From NCBI GenBank assembly GCA_964016885.1, contig OZ024740.1, positions 310,248,001-310,312,000 on the forward strand: a DNA stretch of 64,000 bases, read 5' to 3'. This stretch comes from Eledone cirrhosa. Its lineage: Eukaryota. Position 1 is the stretch's first letter; each line of letters starts with the position of its first letter. This document shows positions 53,429 through 64,000 of this stretch, in pieces. Under the pieces are notes generated by a model that saw only the letters and a list, made by a program, of their open reading frames with translations, was not told where the DNA came from and did not search any database. The position numbers and the translations under genes are program-made.

Positions 53429-53599
53429 CAACATTTATAGGTCTGTGCTTAAATTTTCCTTTTTTTTTTCATTTTCATATATGGTTGATGCAGTAAGCGA
53501 GTGATAGTACGTATTTAGGTCTGTTAGTATATATATAACCATATATGAAAATGAAAAAAAAGAAGGAAAATTTAAGCACAGACCTATAAATGTTGCAAT
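53425..53599. repeat. Inverted repeat with ~62-bp arms (53425-53486 / 53537-53599) abutting (TA)n
   Basis: Reverse-complement arms seen directly. Confidence 0.9.
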
Positions 53600-53864
53600 T
53601 CATAGGAAATGTTTCGTTTTTCTATTGACAGACGTCCCAGACACATCATTGAGAGCTATGTAAGATGAAATGTTTTACCCAAAAACAAACATTGATATCA
53701 GGACCATGTATCTAAACTACAAATTTATGTTCATGAGTCTAACATACTAACTTCGCTCTCTCTCATACATACTCTCCTTTTCCTCTTTCTCCCTCTGTCT
53801 ACATACCTCTCTCTCGCTCTGTCTCTCTCTCTCTTCCTCTTTCTTATATATACACAGACGCACT

Positions 53865-53902
<38 letters not shown>

Positions 53903-53904
<2 letters not shown>

Positions 53905-54087
53905 ATTGTTTCTACTTTTGGCACAAGGCCAGCAATTCACCAGTACATTACTGGTACTTTATTTTATCGACCTCTGTATGGATGAAAGGCAAAGTTAACC
54001 TCGGCGGGGTTTGAACTCAGATCGTAAAGGGACGTAACTATGCTGGAAAGCATATCCGACCCTTACCGATACTGCCAATCCACCGCC
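53903..54087 (-). mobile_element. SINE
   Basis: Full motif set. Confidence 0.9.
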
Positions 54088-55364
54088 CTCTCTCTCTCTA
54101 TATATATATATAATGGTTTAAGCTGCAGTATATGGTGTATCTTTCTATTATATACAGATAAATATATGTGGCAGGGTGTTTAAATAGAGATACATAGGAA
54201 GAGACTGAGGGGGAGACTCAATAATTCGCATCTCAAATCTTTGGATGAAGTTTATGTTCTCATTTGCGTGAAACTTTAAGTAACATACTTCTTCGTCAAG
54301 GTACAGATACATATAATACATACAAAACGTACCCCCATTTATCATTTGTAAACTTGTCTGTAAACACCAATACACCAACACAAACACTCCCCCCTCACCT
54401 TCTCACGTGTGATATGTGCGTGCTTATGTGTGATTGATAGAATAAGCGAAGAACAGCCGAAATTTCAAAGAAACTGTTACTTTCTTTTAGTAACGCGGGT
54501 TCAAATGAGATTTATATAGTTGTCTACGTACTCAATGATGTTTGATAGCTTATGTATTTTCATATACATAAAATATATATCTGTCTACTTTATGTATATA
54601 ACATATACATACATACACACATATATATATATATATATATATGCGTGTGGGTGTATGTGCGTGTATGTGTGCGCGTTTGTGCGTTTGTGTGTAAGTGTGT
54701 ACGTGAGTGCGGTCGTGTGTTGTATATAGAACATATGCAGCAAACGGTCCATCTAAAGCTAGACCGTACAGCTCACATGATTTAAACAACATTTGCTCTG
54801 TACTTAATATAACGTACGGCATATTAAGTTAAATAATAATATTACTAGTCTTTTATGTAGTAACATTATATACATATATATCTCAAACGCTCATTCTCCT
54901 TTCTCAATCTCTCTCTCACCCTCACACACGCATATATATATATATATACGAGAGTGTGTGTGTGTGTATATAATTATGTGTAAGCAACGGTAAAGTACCC
55001 TTTTAGCCATGAGTTTTGCATTGAGAAACCTTCCCCCCAGGCACAAAACCGGACACAATGTTTTGTTGTTTTTTTTGTGCAAGAGATACAGTCACCCATT
55101 CATAATAGTCTCATCTCTCCACGCCAGCCATGTTGTCTAAAAGAAAATGAAGGGTAGATACGACATAGCAGCAGGACTCCACAACTAATTTTTACAGCTG
55201 AGTAAAGTGAACGAAATTGATATAAAGTGTCTATGAAGGACAAACTTCAACACGAAGATTGGAAATGGAACTCACAATCTCACTATAGACGACCCAACAA
55301 TTATATATATATATTATATATATATATATTATATACATATTATATATATTATATATATATATAT

Positions 55365-55397
<33 letters not shown>

Positions 55398-55433
55398 ATA
55401 TATATTATATATATATAATATATATATAATATA

Positions 55434-55502
<69 letters not shown>

Positions 55503-56035
55503 TATATAAACATTTATACATACATACGAAAAACATACATATACATGTGTGTATGCGTGTGTATGAACACAGCCGTCTTCTGACACCTCCCACTCTCCAA
55601 AGAGAGAGGGAGAGAAAGACAATGTGGGAAAGGAATGTAGTGGAAAAAATGACCCCAGCATTGGACTGGTACTTTTATTGGCCGCGAAATACAAAGTTGA
55701 CCCATGTCAGATTTGTATTCAGACTGCAGAAAGCCGGAATGTATATCGCGAACGTTTCCATCCGACAACCTAACATTTTATTCACCGTCTACATGCATAT
55801 ATATATATATAGGGCTTTTTGCCCATATCAGTCTGTGAGTATTGATTTATTATTTTCTAGATCGTACAGGCAGACCTTATGTTGTTGAATTAAGATTTTT
55901 CACTCTAGCGATCTTATTAGTCAATTGCAACTATAACATGTAAATGTTCATCAAATATTAATTTATACTGCTCAGAAGCGATTCCTAGAGCTGAAATGAT
56001 TGTAAATGACCTCTTTGAGTCTAAACTCTAAGCTA

Positions 56036-56076
<41 letters not shown>

Positions 56077-56081
<5 letters not shown>

Positions 56082-56213
56082 AAAAAGTATGACCCAGACG
56101 GCTTGAGCTCTGCCGTCGGGGTCATACTTTTTCCTATTACCCATACTACTCCCCTAAGTATTGAGTACTCTGGTGCGTTATGGTCCATCTGGTTCCTTAC
56201 CACAATTCCTTCG

Positions 56214-56216
<3 letters not shown>
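56077..56216 (+). mobile_element. Family H copy E
   Basis: Foldback ATAGGAAAAAGTATGACCC.GACGGC/GCCGTCGGGGTCATACTTTTTCCTAT; ends CTTCGTTA(TA)n. Confidence 0.85.
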
Positions 56217-56286
<70 letters not shown>

Positions 56287-56349
56287 TGTATGTATATATG
56301 CATGCATGCATTCATACTTACATACATACTTACATGCATGCATACATAC

Positions 56350-57219
56350 ATGGTGGCTGCCAACTCGTTTTCGAGTACGGCCACTACTTTATATCCATGT
56401 AGGAGAACCCCTACCGATGCGCTGAACGAGAGTGACTTTTTAGTCCAGCCAGCGACTTGAAAACTTTTGTACAAACACTACACTTGTGACAATTATTGAC
56501 ACATAGTGCTGGGCCCATGGTACCATGTGACGACAAGTGGAGAGAGATCTCCAGATATAAAGCAATGCCTGTGCCGTGAAGCTTTTATAGTGAGCAAAGG
56601 CACTGCACAAAGCCAGTCCCACTCTCTTAACCAAGATGATATTTACCAAAAAGAAGAACAAGTCAACATCATTGGATACCATCAGGGTTGCAGGTGTTAT
56701 ATCAGAGTTTTCCTTCTCCTAGAATTCTGCCTTGACAAAGGCTAAGGGGTCATCTCTCCCGGACATACATACATACATACATACATACATACATACATAC
56801 ATACATACATGGTGGCTGCCAACTCGTTTTCGAGTACGGCCACTACTTTATATCCATGTAGGAGAACCCCTACCGATGCGCTGAACGAGTGTGACTTTTT
56901 AGTCCAGCCAGCGACTTGAAAACTCTGGTACAAACACTACACTTGTGACAATTATTGACACTTAGTGCTGGGCCCATGGTATCATGTGACGACAAGTGCA
57001 GGGAGATCTCCAGATACAAAGCAATGCCTGTGCCGTGAAGCTTTTATAGTGAGCAAAGGCACTGCACAAAGCCAGTCCCACTCTCTTAACCAAGATGATA
57101 TTTACCAAAAAGAAGAACAAGTCAACATCATTGGATACCATCAGAGTTGCAGGTGTTATATCAGAGTTTTCCTTCTCCTAGAATTCTGCCTTGACAAAGG
57201 CTAAGGGGTCATCTCTCCC
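56350..57219 (-). mobile_element. Two tandem ~410-bp non-autonomous RTE-derived elements with (ATGT)n tails
   Basis: 56350-56762 and 56810-57219 are near-identical, separated and flanked by (CATA)n. Confidence 0.85.
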
Positions 57220-57925
57220 ATACATACATACATACATACATACATACATACATACATACATACATACATACATACATACTTATAGGGAAATGATGAATGA
57301 AAACATTGATATTAGTAGAAGAAAAACAACGATGAAGATTGACCTGTTCATAGTTCTTTTATTATTATTATTAAAATTATTATTATTACTATTATTATCG
57401 TCACCATTATGTTTGTATTAATATTTGTATTGTGACCATATAACCTGGCATTGTTTTACATCAACCAAACATATAATAGAAAATATATCGGTATAAAACA
57501 TCAGGGATGTGGAGAAGAAGTGTGAAGAAGAAGTAAATAATATATGGGCCATATTGCTGTTTTCCTTAAACATTGAACATACATCCAACTACAATATGAT
57601 CGTAACACTATACTTTAGAACAGCTGACATTTGACATACTTACTGACTAAGCCCTTACCTGTTGTTCTATATATTAGAATAGGCAAGCCCGAGCCTTCTA
57701 ACGAAAGAAAATGCACACAATAGACAACCTTATCCTAGGTACAGAGCCTCTTGAGATAACAAAGGCCTGAGATGTTCATGACTGGAACACACCTCAACAT
57801 GCCACTATCTTAAAAATGAGAGCCTGAAGCTGAAGAAAGTTTGGTGATGGATACCTGAATGTGATTGTTCCACACAATTTGCAAGGAATTCTATGAAAAT
57901 CTTGTTTTAATCATATTAATTCATA

Positions 57926-58135
57926 TTGGCAGTATCGGTAGAGGGTCGGACGCCATGCTTTGACGCATTGAGTTACGGCCCTTGCCATTCTGAGTTCAAA
58001 TACCGCCGAGGTTAACTTTGCCTTTCATCCTTACGGGGTCGATAAAATAAAGTACCAGTAATACACTGGGGTAATAGCTGGCCTTGTGCCGAAAGTAGAA
58101 ACAATTATTTCATATATCATACACACACACACACA

Positions 58136-58185
<50 letters not shown>

Positions 58186-58366
58186 GTTTCTACGTTTGGC
58201 ACAAGGCCAGCAATTATCCCAGTGCATTACTGGTACTTTATTTTATCGACCCCGTAAGGAGGAAAGGCAAAGTTAATCTCAGCGGGATTTGAACTCAGAT
58301 CCCGTCGAGGTTAACTTTGCCTTTCATCCTTACGAGCTCGATAAAATAAAGTACCAGTAATGCACT
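57926..58366. mobile_element. SINE cluster: + copy 57926-58109, - partial 58181-58300, + partial 58299-58366
   Basis: Core and tail motifs in both orientations. Confidence 0.88.
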
Positions 58367-60150
58367 AATGAAATAATTAAAATAAAGATGTCCATAGAAT
58401 TCTTTGCAATATGTGTGGTGTGAAGAGTCACATTCAGAAATCCTAGTTTAAAATGTATGGTGATAAAGAAGAATCTCTTTCTACTTCAAATACTCCTGAT
58501 GTTCATTTCAATGCGAACATCCGGTGTAATTAAATTACGGATAAGTATGGCTAGCCAACAAACAGGCCACTCAAACGTCTCCCAACCCGCAAATTTATGA
58601 GCTTGTGCAGATATGAAATCTCTAATATTATTCGTATAAGAATCATCCTCCTTACTGCGTGTTATTATTGCATAACTAAGCGAAACACTTTGTGTCTAAT
58701 ATTTTATTGCATTCTTACTGTACAATTTATTTGCTCTGTACCCAGTATTAATTTTGCATGTGTATGCGTTCTGTATAGTGCTAGCATATCCAATGTTCCT
58801 GATTTAATAAAGATTGTATTTTTTCACACCCAAATGTAATATAGAAAGGAAATATACTTTAAAATAAATGTTTTACGTGTTGTTAATATTTGTGTCTTTG
58901 TTGTATAGTCATTGCGGTTGTTGTTATTGTTTCGCTCTAGGTCATCCTTCATCAAAAGATATTTCAGCGCAGAACCAATCTACCATTTAATGTCAGCTGG
59001 GAATACATTATGAAATATAAACATCAACATTTCCAAATGATAGTGCATGAAATGAGGAAGATTTGGCTGCTGTTTCTCGCAGATCGAATGACCAAAAATA
59101 GATACAGTTCCAGGTAAAACATGTATCGGCATTTAGTTACGTCAAATATCTAAGATCAAATCATGTTGTTTCATACTACCAGGTTCAGGAAAATATGAAC
59201 CAATCAAGTACTTTTTCTTAAATCCGCTCCGTGGTGAAATGTACATCCGCTCGTCCTTGTACGAATTCAGTAGACTTTTGGTTTTCTACGACAGAAGATT
59301 TTAGAACCTCACGCAATGCTTCTCCCATTCTGGAGAAAGAAAGATTCTGACAGGTTCACAACGACACTTACCATTGCGTAACGCAGCCAATTCTAAAAAG
59401 AAGAAAGAGTCTGCGTGCACGTCAGAGAGAGAGAGAAAGATAGAGAGAGAGAGAAGGGTAGAGGCATACAGGCGGACAGACAGGGAACGATAGAACAGTG
59501 CAGCTCAGTGATGGGTGGGTACTTCATTAATCTATCACGTAAGGATAGAAGATAAAGTTGACTTTGGTTGGATTTAAACTCTGAGTAACAAATACTGCAA
59601 GGCATTTAAAAAATTCTTCCAATTCGTTGTCTTAATCTGGTACATAGTACGAGTCAAATCTACTATACACCCACCTCCCACTAATTGTTACATTGTGACT
59701 ACGTTGTATATAATTATTAATAAAGAATATATTCATTGTCGTTAAAGACGGCTGAATTTGTATCGCGTTACACAATATTTCTTTATTTACTTTCTTTTAC
59801 GAGCTGCACTCAAAGTACTTCTGTGGTTGATTCGAGGTGATGATCAATACAATAAGTTCTAGTCACAAACTGGATCGATATAATTGACTGTTTGATTTTC
59901 CATGCAAATACCTGGCCTTTGAAACGATTATTAACTATCTTAGTACGGGTAGAATAGTCGAACAATTGCGTTTCTGGGCTTCTTTTGCAAGATTTTGATG
60001 TGAAATCGTATATTGAAACAGGTATTCTTAAAGTTTTGTAAGGTCTCGCTGCCAGTAAAAACAGAATCACCCGCTACGTTTCATCTCGGATTTTTTGGTA
60101 ATCAGGTAACTAATCCATTCCATGGTTAGTTTAGTACCCGAATGTTAAAA

Positions 60151-60233
60151 TATTGGGTCATCAAGTATGAAATTTGTAGAAATTTCTTTCTCTGCTAGAA
60201 ATTTCTACAAATTTCATACTTGATGACTCAATA
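60151..60233. repeat. Near-perfect hairpin with 37-bp arms and 9-nt loop
   Basis: TATTGGGTCATCAAGTATGAAATTTGTAGAAATTTCT and its reverse complement, one G.T pair. Confidence 0.92.
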
Positions 60234-60494
60234 GTTATCAAATCTCATTCGTAACCATATTCTGTGGTCAACTCAATGGCTATTTTGTCATTCTGAGTCT
60301 CCATTTACTTTTGATTTTATCCGAGCTACTCTACCTTTATAAAGATCAGATGAATAACTAGAACAATATCAAAGGACAAGTAGTCAATGAATGTGTGATT
60401 AAAAAGTATTTGTCAATTTTGTAACCATCCAGTTACTAAAGAAACATAGAAATGGATTAGTTACCTAATTAAGAAAGACACTTAAGTTTGTCTG

Positions 60495-60527
<33 letters not shown>

Positions 60528-60974
60528 GTTGGTAACGTGACACTCCCAAAGTATATCGATACCAGAAAAATATATATGCACATATATATATATAACGATT
60601 TATATCTATGACACTGCTAGAAAGAACGGATGACGATGGTCATCTAAAGAACATAGCGTATGAGGTTGTTTGCTTGCAAACGAATCGAATATTATCAAAA
60701 ATATTCGATATAAAACTCATAAATACATTTATGGAACCCGCTATGTGTGACCGAGAAATCAAAATTCTAATTTTGCTTTTAAAGATGATATATATATATA
60801 TATAATGTGTGTGTGTGTCTATGTGTGTGTGTGTATCTATGTTTGTGAGTATCTGTATGTATGTGTGTGTGTATCTATGTGTGTGCGTGTGAGTATATGT
60901 ATGTATGCGTGTGTGTATAGATATAGATATATATACGCACATACAACTGTATTTAAAACCTTACTAAAGTACTG

Positions 60975-62135
60975 TAAAGCCATTGGAGAAACCCTAGAAT
61001 AGTCCCTCTAACTCAAAGGGCTGACTCTTCCGGGTAGTCAGCTCCGCTCTGGTAGCATTGTAAAAAGATGTCCTCCGGGGTCAAGAATGCTGGATGTTTC
61101 CACAGCCACTGGTTGACCACAAAGCTATTGGAGAGCGACCCATTTTTAGAGAGTTTGCCTTCTCAGGCTTTTAAGCTTGACGAGTAGCAAAGCCTGGGCT
61201 ACTCGGCAAAAGCACCAGTTTACCACTGGAGAAGGTGTGGCAATATGTATCTCCTAGAATAGGGGCCTACCACCACCGAACAGCAATATTGTCATGCGGT
61301 CACCTCGGCCCAGCTCGTTGACGCGAGTTGGGAATGGAAGCCTGCGGTGTCCGAGCTATACATTATATCTTGTTGACCGCAGCATTGCGTGGAAGGTTAC
61401 CGGCACTCTAACGGCATGAGAGTGCCTAAAGGGTGAAATAATCCACAGTGAAGAGGCAGGGCATTTGTGAGGCTTACAGATTCGAAGGTTGAGCGTAAGA
61501 GAAACACCAATCCGCAAACAGTTCCTGACGAACTGAGTGCCATTCGAGAGAAATGGTACAACCTTAAGCAGACACCAGTGTGAGGTTGTGAGGCCAAGCG
61601 AAAACAGGTCTAATAGTGCTGGTAAAGCCTGCACACCAGACTGCCCGGGGTAATCTTGCCGCACTGGATGGCGTCCCCCTTTTGGAGGGAAGAAGAGGGG
61701 AATGGATGTCCGCAAGGTGGAAGCAGAGCTGATTCCATTTCACGTAGACTACCCCACATTCCCCATCACAACAGGTTCCGTTTTTACTGCGGGGAGCACT
61801 GAACATGAGGACACTGTAAGAGGTCACCGACGAAAGAAATTCTGGCAAAACCAGTGAGATTTTAGACCAGTGACCGAGTCTACTACCACAAAATTCTTCG
61901 ACATGCCCATCTAAATGTCAAAATCAGAGAGGTACCACCTCTCTGGAGCAGTGAGCCACATAATATATAGCTCATCCTGTAATTTTCCGTTCGCCACGGG
62001 CCACATTTTGGTGACTAGCCGCAATTTATCCATCACTGTTCAACATATAAGCTACTGTACTCCAAGTTAAAATAATTACTCTGAAATAAAGGAGGTGGTT
62101 GCCACTGAAATGCATCTTGACGAGAGCCTTTAATA
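60975..62135 (-). mobile_element. CRE-like non-LTR retrotransposon fragment, decayed
   Basis: GC-rich island; LRIGVSL.LNLRICKPHKC, LGT..L.CR, HA.VNK zinc-finger region; 3' part resembles the other CRE fragments. Confidence 0.6.
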
Positions 62136-62451
62136 AGAGGAAAAAACAAACAGCACTAGCATTCTACTAACCCGAACAACACCATTGTTCATATCTTCAC
62201 CATAATTATATTCATACGCATCCTCAATATTACCATATTATCCTGTGTCAGCATCACCATTGTCGTCGTTGTCAAAGTCGTTGTCGTTGTCATACGTAAC
62301 TCCTCTCTCTGTAATTGTATAATAACAACAATAAAATGATGTGGCTGAACCGCAACCCACATAACGTCACAAGCCACCAGCAGCAGCACAAATACCATCA
62401 TTAGTAAGAAAATTATCATAGTTTTCATGATGCCGTTAATTACAACTATAT

Positions 62452-63178
<727 letters not shown>

Positions 63179-63242
63179 TAAGGCAAATATAAATAGCAAA
63201 GCAATCGACACCAGATAGATAGAAGGATAGGCAGATGATATT

Positions 63243-63287
<45 letters not shown>

Positions 63288-63357
63288 TATATCATATATA
63301 CTTGGAAATAAATATTGTATATATAAATATATATATATATACATGTATATATATATC

Positions 63358-63596
<239 letters not shown>

Positions 63597-63618
63597 GTAT
63601 ATATATATAAATCCATGC

Positions 63619-63660
<42 letters not shown>

Positions 63661-63701
63661 TTATGCATATATATATATACATATGTGTGCATATATATAT
63701 A

Positions 63702-63760
<59 letters not shown>

Positions 63761-63783
63761 TTATGAATATATATATATATACA

Positions 63784-63827
<44 letters not shown>

Positions 63828-64000
63828 CATAATACACACACACACATATATATATATATATACATATACATTTGCACATACACTCATGTGCATGTATATA
63901 ATGTACATTTCTCTATACCCACTCTATACACATATATATATGCACACACAATACACTCATAATAACACACACACACACACACATACACACACACACACAC

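Overview
AT-rich eukaryotic DNA dominated by microsatellites ((TA)n, (GT)n, (GA)n, (AAT)n, (CATA)n) and retroelements. The main SINE resembles octopod cephalopod SINEs as I remember them; this is inference, not a database match. I could not identify a host protein-coding gene, and nearly all ORFs in the track are microsatellite translations. Real coding remnants are all from transposons: a near-complete Penelope-like element (PLE; RT plus C-terminal GIY-YIG, Neptune-type Cys linker) at 19.3-24.8 kb, a near-full-length Tx1/L1-like LINE at 46.9-52.2 kb with related 3' fragments, and RTE, R4/Dong and CRE fragments. There are also about 20 copies of a tRNA-derived SINE. Four structures stand out. 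(1) Minimal type-I hammerhead ribozyme motifs sit in PLE-like inverted repeats within TA arrays; one at 8831-8894 has an intact core. (2) A six-copy short element family is inverted at the same internal TTTTCCTAT site in every copy. (3) An RTE shows a near-perfect twin-priming inversion. (4) The SINE 3' tail resembles the Tx1 LINE 3' end, suggesting a SINE-Tx1 partnership. All alignments and folds were done by eye, so boundaries are approximate.
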